A stretch of DNA of 64,000 nt, from positions 4,466,001 to 4,530,000 of the forward strand of contig NC_086109.1 in assembly GCF_963921235.1 (NCBI RefSeq), given 5' to 3'. The translations under genes were made by a program, and so were the position numbers. The notes beneath the pieces were generated by a model that saw nothing but the letters and a program-made list of their open reading frames with translations, was not told where the DNA came from and did not search any database. This document shows positions 53,801 to 62,456 of the stretch, one piece after another. This stretch comes from Mobula hypostoma. Lineage: Eukaryota. Position 1 is the stretch's first letter. Each line of letters begins with the position of its first letter.

Positions 53801-56800
53801 TTATTATTAATAATAATAACGTATTCATAGAGCATTTATGTCAACAGTGCAGTTCAAAATGCTTTACAATTCATAAAGTGCAAACATGAAAATAAAAGAC
53901 TAAAAGATGTTAGTTAAAAATTAAGATTAAATAAATAGGTTTTGAGCTGATGTTTAAAAGTGTCAACTGAGTCTGCATCTCTTATAGTTTAAGATATTGA
54001 AATTTGACAGTTTGGGAGCATAGTGGTTCCTAAGGTTGTCACAGCTGGGGCTGGTAGTTGGGATAAGCTCATACTACCTATAAAGTGCTCCAAATGGCAT
54101 GCAACTCTAACAGCCTCTGACAACCAAGTCCAACTCTTGGCTTTCACATGTGGCTTAGCTACTAGGCCCAGTGGAACTGTTTCTACTGACAAGAGAAGGG
54201 GCAAAGATGGATCACCGACACCTCAAAACCAGTTGCTTCAGGCAGCCTGCTTAGGGGAAGGAAAACTCTGATTTTAAACCTCCGCTGCCTTGTGGCTATA
54301 TCCACACACGGGAAAGGCTTCGGGAGTAAATCCCAAGGAAGAAATCCGGAGCCAGGGTCCCCAAAGCAGTTTGATGTTGTTTACAACTTCACTCTGGCAA
54401 CCTCTGTGACAACACTGGTGCCAAGCTGTATCGGTGCTTGCCCTTCCCTTGGACTACACTAGTGACGTGGAGAGTGGAACCCGCTGTATGGGTAACAGCC
54501 GGTTCCTCAAATCTTCCTGCCCAGGCTTGCGCCCTGGAGAGGACACAGTCTACCAGAGGTGCAAGCCCATGATCCTCTTGGATCGACGGCTGCCTACTAC
54601 TACTAATACTAGGAGCGTAGTTCAAAAAAGCTATCCTGCTAATTATCTTTTGAGGGAGATTGTTTCAATTTATGAGACAGTGGAAGAAGGCCTGAAAGCT
54701 CAAGCAGGATTATAAAATGAAAAGTCATCATTTCCTGTGACAATTATGTTCCACAATTGACAGTTTGAAACTGATAAGCTGCTTACAGATCAAGGTAAGT
54801 TTATTGTCATTTAATTATATACATGTATAGTGCCAAACAATACATTTCTCTGGACCAGGGTGTAAAGCACAGTGGTACACATAACACACGTATAACACAC
54901 AATAACTTAGGACAGTGCATCCCTAAGAATTAAATCTAAAAATGAATTATGCACAGATAAACATAGTAAAGTGCATAAATTAAATATTGTAGGGTACAGA
55001 ACAAATTTGAAGGTGATGTGGCAGGGAGTTCAGAAGCCCATTGGCCTGAGGGAAGAAGCTGTTCCCCACCCTGATCATTCTTGTCTTTATGCATCGGAGT
55101 CTTCTGCCTGATGATAGAATATCAAAGACAATGCTGGATGGATGGGCAGGATCCTTGATAAGACCAAGAGCCTTGCACATCCAGCGCTCCTGATAAGTGT
55201 TCCCGGTGGTTGTTAGGGAGATTCCTATGGTCTTCTCAGCCATCTGCACAGTCCTTTGTAAAGAATTCCACTCCGATGCTCGGCTGCTCGCACACCAGAT
55301 AGAGATGCAGCTTGTCAGGATGCTCCCAATGGTGCTCCTGTAAAATTCAGTTACAAAGAGTGGGGGAACTCACTTGCTTCAATGTCTCAGGGAGTGGTGG
55401 TGCTGCTGTACCTTCTCATTCAGGGAGGTGATATTGAGGGACCAAGTGAGGTTGACTGTGATAGGATACACTTAACTCTGTCTACAGGGGAACTATGTAT
55501 GCACAGAGGGGGATGAGCAAGAAAAACATTGCTTCTGCATCAAGAGACAGATCCAAAGAATTTTAAGATAATTGAAAGAACTCAGTATTTGCTGTTAGCT
55601 TCACCACAATTTATCACACTGTCGGGACACACCAAACTATTCAGTAACAAAGTTCTCAGGAGCTGCTTGGGCCCTTCAGCATCAGTCACTTGTTTTATGA
55701 AATTAATGGGTAGAAGGAAAGAAAAGAGAATATGATCAAAGTACTCATTACTTACCTTCACATTTCACCTGCAATGGTGTCCAAGTTGAATCGTCCTTGC
55801 AAGTAACAGATCTTGAACCCAATAATGAATCTTCCTTGAATACATAACCTGAATCACATCTGTAATTAATCACTGTCCCCACTTCAAATGCCATCTCAGA
55901 AACAGATTCATTAAATGGAGATCCATTTTCCAGCTCTGGAGGTCTGCCACAATCACCTTAAAAATATATAGGATTCTTAAGTTCATCGTTCAACAACAGT
56001 TCAGGAACAAGAGAGACAATATTAGGTCCTGAGAGAGGACGTGATGGATGCTTCCTCTTGTGAGAGAATCTAGTACTGTAGGATTGTAATTTAGGTTTGC
56101 TACTTTGATACAGTTAGGGAAAAGGTTTTTCATGGAATGTAGAACATTACAACACAGTACACGCACTCTGGCCCACGATCTTGTGCCAACCCTTTAGCCA
56201 TTTGGTTAAGCAGAGCAGCATGTGAGGATCATGTTTTGTGATTTCTCAAGTGCCTTCAATACCATACAGCCTCATTGCGGGGGGAAAAGCTCCATTCACT
56301 GCAGAATGGCACTTCCATTGTATCCTAGATAATGGACTACCTGACTGGCAGAGCACAGTATGTGCGGCTTCAGAGCTGTGTGTCAGACATGGCTATAAGC
56401 AGCACTGGGTACCCACAGGGGACTGTATTGGCTCCTTTCCTGTTTACCCTGTATACCTCACACTTCAGATACAACACTGAGTTATGTCATCTGCAGAAAT
56501 TCTCTGATGACTCAGCAATAGATGAGTGTATAAAGGGAGGACGAGAGGATGAATACAGGGCCCAAGTGGAGGAATTTGTCAAAAGGTGCAAGTGGAAACA
56601 TCTGCAGCTCAACATCAGTAAGACAAGGGAGATGGTGATGGACTTCAGGAAGACGAAGCCTGCATTGCTCCTTGTTAATATTGATGGCAAGGACATGGAT
56701 GTGGTGAGGACCTACAAGCACCTGGGTGTGCACCTGGATGACAGACTTGAGTGGAGCACCAACACAGAGGCTGTGTACAAGGAGGGCCAGAATCGCCTCC

Positions 56801-59800
56801 ACTTCCTGATGGAGACTGAGGTCCTTTGGAGTATGCAGGCCTCTCCTTCACATGTTCTACCAGTCTGTTGTTACCAGTACAATCTTCTATGCAGTGGTGT
56901 ACTAGGGCAATGGCATCAACCCAGGTGATGCCAATGGGCTCAATGAACTGAATAGAAAGGGTAGTTCTGTTATAGGAGTCAAACTGGACAAACTGGAGGC
57001 TGTGGTAGAACAAAGGACCCTTTGGAAAATCCCGGCAATTCTGGACAATGTTTCTCACCCTCTGCCTGGAACCTTGGTTGGAGAGAGGAGCACTTTCACT
57101 AATAGATAAGATAACTGCACTGCTCCAAAGAGCGCTATATGAGGTCATTCTTACCCTTGGCCATTAGACTCTGTATGTTCTTATAAGTCAATCTATAGCT
57201 AGGGAAGTGATGATCCTCTCCTGTCAGTCTGTTTGCAGTAACCTTTTTTAAATTCTTTCTACTTCTCCTCTAATATTTATATCTGTGCACTTGCAATGCT
57301 ACTTTGACACTGTAATTTTCTTTTTGATTGATGAAGTATCTATCTATCTACTCCAGGATCATTCTAACCCTTCCCTCCTACATAACCCATCATTTTCCTA
57401 TCATTCATGTGCATATCTAAGAGTTTCTTAAATGTCCCTTATGTATCTGCCTCTACCACCACACCTGGCAGGGGTATTAAAAAAACTTACCTCTGACTCC
57501 CCCCTATAGTTTCTGCCAATCACATTAAAATTACTCCTCCTTGTATTTCCTCCAAGGGTTGCCAATCTTTGGAACTCTCTTCCTTGAAAGGCAGTGGAAT
57601 TAGAGTCCAAATATTGTTAAGGTAATAGTTGGATTGGTCCCTGATGAGAGTGAAAAGCTGGCCAGAGTAGATGGAACTGCAGGGTTCAGACCACAGTCAA
57701 GTCAGCCATGATCTCATTGAATCCACAATGCTAACTTGTGTGGTTATTCTATGGCCCATCCTAGAAATGAACATAGTCAGTGTGGTTCCTAACAATTCGT
57801 GTTCTCGGTATTATTTTGATTTGCGCATTAGTTGTTTGTCAGTCTTTGTTTATGCCTGGTTTTTCATGAAATGGTATTGCATTTCTTTTTCCCTGTAAAT
57901 TTCTCCAAGAAAATAATCACAAGGTGATATATGGCAAAATATGCATATTTTGATAATAAATGTGGAGAGCTGTTGGAGAAAGATGGTGTTTGACAGCAGT
58001 TAACGGGAACAGAATACAGTCTATTGTAAAGGAGATGATGAGGTGAATTGGATTAGATTTGTATCACTACAGTGGCAATGATAGAAACTTAACACAAAAG
58101 ATTCAAATAAGAAATGATTGTGGATCAGGAAGGCTCTGACACATGGAAAGACTTTGGTGGGGTTAAAAAAATCCAAACAGAACAAAGAACGTGTTGCCAG
58201 GGTGGTGTAAAGGCAAACATATTAAGGACATTTAAGAGACGCTTAGATGGGCATATGGATAAAACAAAAATGGAGGATTATGTGGAGGGCCCAGCAATCC
58301 TCCAAATTAATCTGAGCCTAATCACGGGACAATTTACAATTACCAATTAACCCACCAACCAGTACATCTTTGGACTGTGGAAAGAAACTCCAGCACCGAA
58401 AGGAAACCCACACGGTCATGGGCAGAGCATACAAACTCCTTACAGGCAGCAGCGGGATTTGAATCTGGATCATCTGTACCATAAAGCATTGTGCTAGCCA
58501 CTATGCTACTGTGCCGCATTAGAGGTAAGTATTTTACTGTCTGGAATGCACTGATGGGGCTAGTAGTAGAGGCATTTACATTAGGGACATTTAAGGAACT
58601 CATATAGGCATATGGAAGGTTATGGGTTTGTAGGAGGGGTTAGATTGGTTGTGCCCATATAAAATTAAGGGCTGAAGAGACTGTATTGTGTTCTACTATT
58701 CATTCAAGTCCAAGTCAATGTATTATCAAAATAGGTCTATGGCACTACGTTGAGATTATTTTCCTGTATAAACACCTGCAAGAAAACCAAAGAAATACAA
58801 CAGAATATAAGAAAAACTATACATAGACACAGATTAACAGACAATGTGCAAAAGATGATACAAAATAAATAATACTGAGAACACAAGTTGCAGAGTCCTT
58901 GAAAGTGAATCTGTAGTTTGTGGATTTAGTTCAGTGTTGAGGTGAGTGAAGCTATCCACGCTGGTTCAGGAGCCTGATGGTTGAAGGGTAATAGTTGTTC
59001 CTGAACCTGGTTGTGTGGGACCCATGGCTTCTGTGTCTGCTGCCCAATGGCAGCAGCAATCAGAGAGTAAGGCCTGAATTGTGGGGGTCCTTGATGATGG
59101 ATGCTGCTTTCTTGATGCAGCACTCCTTGTAAACGGACTCAGTGGTGAAAAGGGCTTTGCCTGTGATGGACTGGGGTGTATCCAGCACCTTCTGCAGGAT
59201 TTTCCATTCCAGGTATTGGTATTCTATGTTTAAGTATACTGTCAAATGAAACGTTGCTCCAGACCATATAACTCACATGAAGTAATATTACCACAAATAA
59301 ATTGACAGATAAAATATATTCCGAAAGATTAAAATTTAGCATTAACTGCATTTAAGACACAAGTTAAAAAGTATAATGCTACTAGCACTTCAGAAGTGAT
59401 GCTACCTGGGTGGTTCAGTAGTTCTATGGCTGTTCATAGTTCAATGTTTATTGGAAGAAGAGTTGAGTACAGGAGTGAGTTATATTGCTGCAACTTCTTA
59501 ACCTTGGTGAAACTGTACCTGGAGTACTAAAGGCAGGTCTGCTCCCCTGATCTAATGAAAGATGTTCTTACAACAGAGGGAAAACCTTGCCAGACTGATT
59601 TCTGAGATGGCAGATTATTGCACGACGAGCGACTGCGGCAGCGAGGTCTGTACTCTCCTGAATTTAGAAGGAAGAAACCCGATTTTATTGGCACACAAAA
59701 ACCTGGTGGTTTGGGGGTTTGATAGGGTTGATTCAGAGATTATGCCTCCTCTAGAGCTACGAATCATCATTAAGAGGATGGCCACTCAGGACTGAAATAG

Positions 59801-62144
59801 GGTAATAGGGTCATAGAGTTGTGAATGGAACTGATTCTTTGGCCCTACTCATTCATGCCATCCAGGTTACCTACCTGAGTTAGTCCAATACCCTTCTACA
59901 TGAAATGGTGTTGCAGGAAAGCAACATCCAGCATCAGAGATCCTCATCACCCAGGCCATGCTCTCTTCTTGCTGCTGCCATCAGGTAAAAGGTACAAGAG
60001 CCTCACGTTCCTACCCCTCAACCATCAGGCTACTGAACAAAAGGGGATAACTACACGGACTTGCCCATCCATTGAGATGTTCCCATAACCAACAATCTAA
60101 CTTTTTAAGGACTCTTTATCTTATTTCATGTTCTCATTATTTATTGCTATTTATTTATATTTACATTTTTGCACAGTTTGTTGTTTTCTGCACTCTAGTT
60201 GAGCTTTCATTGACCCTGGTATAGTTACTATTCTATATACTTACTGACTATGCCTGCAGGAAAATTAATCTCAGGGATGTATATGGTGACATATACTGTA
60301 TGTACTTTGAACTTTGATTACTGTTCCTATCCATCCACTGTTTTAAATACTGTAATCATAACTACCTCTACCACTTTCTCTGGCAGCTCATCCCATTTAC
60401 CCACCATACTCAGTGTGGAAAATGTGACCCTAAGGTCCCCTTTAAATCTTTTCTTCTCACTGTAAATCTATGCCCTCTAGTTTGGACACCCCTACCCCGG
60501 GGAAAAGAGTGGCCAATCTCTGAATTAAATCCCTTATCCAGTCCTCTACACAAAAGTCGTGGAAACTATGTCCTAGGCAAGACAGAGAATCAAGAGATAT
60601 GGATTAGTACAACAGAGAGATGGTGCTTTCACAGTGAAGAAGAATGATGTTATTGAACAGCAGAGTAGGGCTGGAGTAAAGCCATCTCTTCTGCTTGCAT
60701 TTACTTGCTAGTGCAGAGATGTATAACCCAATGCCAACAGCATGCACCGTACCCTTTGGCAGAACAAATCCATCTTCTTCACTCTAAAAACTATTGATGA
60801 AAATATATACGGTGGATTCTGGTTAACTAGGCCATTAACCACTATGCAGCCTCTTATCTGGCACAACTCTTAAACCTCTTAAAGAAAACTAATTGAGAAA
60901 ATAGTCACAATCTTGTTTGTTTGGGACACTATGCTGCTTAATTGGGCGAGGAGACTGTTGGCAAAGTTCCTAACTAGTGTCAGTTGCGTATGTTTGTGTT
61001 CAAAAAGCAGTGACTTTTGTCACTGATAATTGGTGAGAAATAAGCGGTAAGACAGTTCAGAACTGTTTTGTTCGCTGCAGTTTCAATCATTCAGGTTTGG
61101 AGACGCCAGAAGTGGCTGGGAGTGAAAATGAAACGATTTCAGTACTTCAACAAGTTAGAAACTATGAAGAATTTGAAAGTATTGACAATAATCATGAACG
61201 TTACAATGAAAATGAAGATGTGGAGGACGCAATCATTGAAAGTTTGTATGAAGGCAGTCCATTTATCTGCACACACAAGGAAATCTGCAGATGTTGGAAA
61301 TTCAAGCAACAGACACAAAATGCTGGTGGAACACAGCAGGCCGGGCAGCATCTATAGGAAGAGGTACAGTCGACGTTTCGGGCCGAGACCCTTCATTACA
61401 CGCACTGATGTTGTTCATTTACAGTCAACCAAATGAAGGTGGCAGTGTACACTGGATGAATTCCTCCATTGTTAACTATTAGGAATGCACAGTTTTATAG
61501 TACTGGTAATATTCTAATTTGTCCCATATTTGTTAAATACATAATTTGTAATTCAGTTAAATGGTAGTTGGTTTTTTTTATATATCTTTTTAACTAGTTC
61601 CATGAAACTTCAGCTAATTGGACCAAAACACAGTGGTCCAGATGTGTCCTAATTAACTGGAATGAAATGAATATATATTTCCACGGACTTTCTCAGAACT
61701 GATTTTGATCAGATTATCTGATGGAAACCTGGGGGAGAGCAGTGGTTGGAGAGGGGGGGGAATGTGATGAGAGGGGTGGGTATTGCTGGCGGAGGGTGAG
61801 TTGGAGAAGGGGATAGAGGGATAGGGGCAGTTAGAGAGGGGTGGTGAGGGCGAGCTGGAGGGTTTGGAAGATGGGGTCGGGGGCTGACAGGTTGTGGGAG
61901 GACTGAGTTAGGTGTGGAGAGGGATGTGGGGTGGTGGTCCAGAGATGTCGGGGGAGGTCCGTAGGAGAGGGGGTTGAGCGGTGGAGTGGGAGGAGGAAGA
62001 GGGTGGATTGAAGGGACTGAGTGGGGTAGATTGAGGGCGGTTTAGTGTGTGGGGGGGACGGGGACCGGGACCAGACCCTCCCCCCACTCACTTACCCGCC
62101 GCCCCCGCCGCCGTTAGCATCGCGAGCAGAAGCCGCAGCGCCAT
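1268..62144 (-). CDS. Multi-exon gene for a type I membrane RCA-family (CD46/CR1/C4BP-alpha-like) protein with 10 CCP/sushi domains; 18-exon model, 685 aa
   Basis: Exons, all GT-AG and phase-compatible: 62096-62144, 55756-55956, 53578-53674, 49896-49969, 48450-48635, 46555-46737, 45625-45810, 42767-42949, 37979-38161, 30475-30571, 28563-28636, 24309-24494, 18459-18555, 10257-10330, 9495-9563, 4415-4435, 2122-2206, 1268-1280. They sum to 2058 nt in one open frame. Each CCP has 4 Cys and the C-terminal W/F..P.C pattern. Confidence 0.85.
1423..1710 (+). mobile_element. tRNA-derived V-SINE (HE1-like)
   Basis: Box A/B-like head, then the V-domain gggtttcctctgggtgctctggtttcctcccacagtccaaagac. Other copies at about 1750-1915(-), 24575-24725, 30730-31010, 36075-36104 plus 37737-37960, and 58290-58520(-). 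Confidence 0.75.
2122..2206 (-). CDS. Exon 17: transmembrane helix plus basic stop-transfer, [28 protein letters not shown]
   Basis: 85 nt, TGTTTCAG|...AG|GTGAGA. About 22 hydrophobic residues followed by YKK; phase 1 to 2. Confidence 0.85.
3373..3600 (+). mobile_element. SINE fragment, same family as 63430-63695
   Basis: Closely matches the reverse complement of 63430-63600; its 3' part is also shared with 54400-54600. Confidence 0.65.
4415..4435 (-). CDS. Exon 16 (candidate): 21-nt stalk microexon ARKKSGF
   Basis: Strong acceptor TTTGTTTTATTCATTCTTACAG and donor TG|GTGAGA; 3n length, phase 1-1, open. Confidence 0.6.
4470..5055 (-). mobile_element. CR1 LINE 3' remnant
   Basis: Paralogous to 8565-9125 and 13070-13600, whose minus frames give LVRPNLEYC and HGLRVKG motifs. 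Confidence 0.7.
5950..8565 (+). mobile_element. Decayed CR1 LINE ORF2 (endonuclease plus RT)
   Basis: [37 protein letters not shown] and [16 protein letters not shown] motifs with stops and frameshifts. Confidence 0.85.
8565..9125 (-). mobile_element. CR1 LINE 3' remnant
   Basis: [19 protein letters not shown]...[11 protein letters not shown]. Confidence 0.8.
9495..9563 (-). CDS. Exon 15 (candidate): membrane-proximal stalk [23 protein letters not shown]
   Basis: 69 nt, pyrimidine-rich acceptor CTTTCTATGTCTAG, donor G|GTACTG, open phase 1-1, in non-repeat sequence. Confidence 0.6.
10257..10330 (-). CDS. Exon 14: CCP10 second half (type B3b)
   Basis: 74 nt, CTTAG|...G|GTAAA. Translates [24 protein letters not shown]. 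Confidence 0.9.
11280..11635 (+). mobile_element. Short retroposon with (GAT)n tail, probably RTE-related; second partial copy 15530-15745
   Basis: Two copies share gcagctggtgcatatc...ggcaaa-c-acttct...ttgccaagaacaat and end in gatgatgatg. Confidence 0.5.
12800..15525 (+). mobile_element. Composite CR1 remnants (plus-strand EN/RT pieces, nested minus CR1 at 13070-13600, Penelope insert at 14298-14439)
   Basis: [18 protein letters not shown]...FADD and [15 protein letters not shown] motifs. Confidence 0.8.
14298..14439 (+). mobile_element. Short Penelope-terminus insert with 13-bp TSD (1 mismatch)
   Basis: tagagtattggct at 14285-14297 and tagagcattggct at 14440-14452. Matches 905-1060; hammerhead core mutated. 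Confidence 0.75.
16430..17000 (-). mobile_element. Rex1/Babar-like LINE 3' remnant
   Basis: [22 protein letters not shown]...LQKIMNTAQ...LPSRRRLRS...RFGNSFF. Confidence 0.75.
17270..17985 (+). mobile_element. Rex1/Babar-like LINE 3' remnant containing a (TG)/(TA)n microsatellite at about 17830-17876
   Basis: FKFLGV...LTWSQHI...[24 protein letters not shown]...FRNSFFP. Confidence 0.75.
18459..18555 (-). CDS. Exon 13: CCP10 first half (type B3a)
   Basis: 97 nt, TGTAG|...GG|GTGAGT. Translates [33 protein letters not shown]. Confidence 0.9.
19992..23535 (-). mobile_element. Long decayed CR1 LINE (ORF1 esterase-like region plus ORF2 EN/RT and tail)
   Basis: [11 protein letters not shown]...[11 protein letters not shown] (CR1 ORF1 SGNH-like), VESLWVEL...YRPP...[16 protein letters not shown]...[13 protein letters not shown]; tail cttatggtcttat. 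Confidence 0.9.
24309..24494 (-). CDS. Exon 12: CCP9 (type C3)
   Basis: 186 nt, CTCAG|...G|GTATG. Translates [62 protein letters not shown]. Confidence 0.92.
24740..27603 (+). mobile_element. Decayed CR1 LINE with ORF1, EN start, internal deletion near 26485 and RT end
   Basis: [15 protein letters not shown]...[45 protein letters not shown]. Confidence 0.88.
28410..28444 (-). ncRNA. Minimal hammerhead ribozyme motif, sense to the host pre-mRNA
   Basis: Minus strand GTC-CTGACGA-AGGGTCTCGACCT-GAAA-CGTC-GAC with intact core. Confidence 0.6.
28563..28636 (-). CDS. Exon 11: CCP8 second half (type B2b)
   Basis: 74 nt, TCCAG|...G|GTAAGG. Translates [24 protein letters not shown]. Confidence 0.9.
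29790..30330 (-). mobile_element. Rex/Babar-like 3' remnant
   Basis: [13 protein letters not shown]; similar to 19480-19990 and 59900-60310. Confidence 0.6.
30475..30571 (-). CDS. Exon 10: CCP8 first half (type B2a)
   Basis: 97 nt, TGTAG|...GG|GTGAGT. Translates [32 protein letters not shown]; paralogous to exon 3. Confidence 0.9.
31190..32120 (+). mobile_element. Rex1/Babar-like LINE RT remnant
   Basis: [16 protein letters not shown]...[15 protein letters not shown]...[11 protein letters not shown]; tail tatctatc. Close paralog at 56250-57350. Confidence 0.8.
32440..33260 (+). mobile_element. CR1 LINE 3' remnant
   Basis: ERVQRKF...LSYKERL...RRLKGDL...TRGHGLR. Confidence 0.8.
34050..35352 (-). 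mobile_element. Rex1/Babar-like LINE RT remnant
   Basis: [60 protein letters not shown]. Confidence 0.85.
36105..37732 (+). mobile_element. Apparently young 5'-truncated CR1 LINE with uninterrupted RT frame, inserted in a V-SINE
   Basis: Open frame of about 510 codons to the stop at 37635 ([32 protein letters not shown]); tail (tttctatg)n; taca on both flanks; SINE halves on either side. Confidence 0.93.
37979..38161 (-). CDS. Exon 9: CCP7 (type D3)
   Basis: 183 nt, GGTAG|...C|GTGAGT. Translates [60 protein letters not shown]. Confidence 0.9.
38880..40115 (-). mobile_element. Rex1/Babar-like LINE RT remnant (same family as 34050-35352)
   Basis: [42 protein letters not shown]. Confidence 0.82.
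40975..41520 (-). mobile_element. Non-autonomous Tc1-like DNA transposon; second copy about 42205-42710
   Basis: Inverted ends cactcagttgccac and gtggcgactgagtg followed by TA. Minus frame [39 protein letters not shown] resembles a Tc1 transposase N-terminus. Confidence 0.75.
42767..42949 (-). CDS. Exon 8: CCP6 (type D2)
   Basis: 183 nt, GGTAG|...C|GTGAGT. Translates [61 protein letters not shown]. Confidence 0.9.
43050..44010 (-). mobile_element. Penelope-like element remnant (GIY-YIG end plus terminus)
   Basis: [61 protein letters not shown]. Confidence 0.8.
45625..45810 (-). CDS. Exon 7: CCP5 (type C2)
   Basis: 186 nt, CATAG|...G|GTATA. Translates [62 protein letters not shown]. Confidence 0.9.
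46555..46737 (-). CDS. Exon 6: CCP4 (type D1)
   Basis: 183 nt, GGTAG|...C|GTGAGT. Translates [61 protein letters not shown]. Confidence 0.92.
48450..48635 (-). CDS. Exon 5: CCP3 (type C1)
   Basis: 186 nt, CACAG|...G|GTATG. Translates [62 protein letters not shown]. Confidence 0.92.
49047..49450 (-). mobile_element. CR1 LINE 3' remnant
   Basis: [19 protein letters not shown]; near reverse complement of 50540-50945. Confidence 0.8.
49896..49969 (-). CDS. Exon 4: CCP2 second half (type B1b)
   Basis: 74 nt, phase 2 to 1, CCTTTAG|...G|GTAGG. Translates [24 protein letters not shown]. Confidence 0.9.
50040..52230 (+). mobile_element. Penelope-like element remnant with two nested CR1 3' fragments (about 50360-50945 and 51603-51950)
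   Basis: [13 protein letters not shown]...[10 protein letters not shown] (Penelope RT end), GIY-YIG-region DNA matching the 43 kb copy, and a terminus with a hammerhead-like motif at about 52185-52220. Confidence 0.78.
52610..53460 (-). mobile_element. Penelope-like element remnant
   Basis: [24 protein letters not shown] and the shared terminus. Confidence 0.75.
53578..53674 (-). CDS. Exon 3: CCP2 first half (type B1a)
   Basis: 97 nt, phase 1 to 2, GCAG|...GG|GTAAG. Translates [33 protein letters not shown]. Confidence 0.9.
53815..54745 (-). mobile_element. L2 3' end interrupted by a retroposon (54025-54611, plus strand, (TAC)n tail, 10-bp TSD with 1 mismatch)
   Basis: Flanks match 19-370; ggagcatagt at 54015-54024 and ggagcgtagt at 54612-54621. 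Confidence 0.7.
54800..55490 (-). mobile_element. Rex/Babar-like 3' remnant
   Basis: AEKTIG...IKDPAHPS...LSSGRRLR...GNSFFPQA. Confidence 0.65.
55756..55956 (-). CDS. Exon 2: CCP1 (type A)
   Basis: 201 nt, TAAG|...G|GTAAGT. Translates [67 protein letters not shown]. Confidence 0.92.
56250..57350 (+). mobile_element. Rex1/Babar-like LINE RT remnant
   Basis: [11 protein letters not shown]...[20 protein letters not shown]...KFSDDSAI. Confidence 0.82.
58700..59215 (-). mobile_element. Rex/Babar-like 3' remnant
   Basis: [13 protein letters not shown]...[13 protein letters not shown]. Confidence 0.6.
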
Positions 62145-62350
62145 CTCCCGCCCGGCTTCCCCCCGCCTCGCGCACGAGCGACCCAACGGACGTCTGAGCC
62201 TTCCCGCTGTGACAGGTACGGCGGCGCCATCTTTGGTCAAGGCACCGTCTGGACTTCGCCGCTCTCTCTCTCTCAATTGTCACCTCACTCCTTCCGGATG
62301 CTCTGCTCTGTTCGCCACTCGCTCCGCACGAATCCTAACTTCACCATCAA
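62050..62350 (-). promoter_or_regulatory. CpG-rich promoter/5'UTR with YY1-like (AAGATGGCG, 62225-62233) and ETS-like (CCGGAAG, 62291-62297) motifs
   Basis: Most conspicuous CpG-dense segment in the window; surrounds exon 1; no clear TATA box. Confidence 0.65.
62096..62144 (-). CDS. Exon 1: signal peptide [16 protein letters not shown](G)
   Basis: ATG in good Kozak context (GAGATGG), hydrophobic core ending AGAA, donor G|GTAAGT, phase 1, inside a CpG-rich region. Confidence 0.85.
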
Positions 62351-62456
62351 AGCCGCAGAAGCTGTTGGCAGACTGACATCTACCTTGCTGAGGCCAGGCT
62401 CAGACACCTCCTCTTACTAACCCCTCGAACAGGACCCCTTCTAAGGAGCACCAGAC

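Noticed and set aside
60810..61665. Acidic ORF at 61097-61357 and possible Tigger/pogo-like relic (also 44754-45065)
   Set aside because: No splice support, and the ORF runs into a Penelope terminus. The family assignment is too weak to list as a feature.
62088..62276. N-terminal extension MRERERR... of the signal peptide in the ORF track
   Set aside because: Starts at a non-ATG codon; the ATG at 62144 has good context and yields a typical signal peptide.
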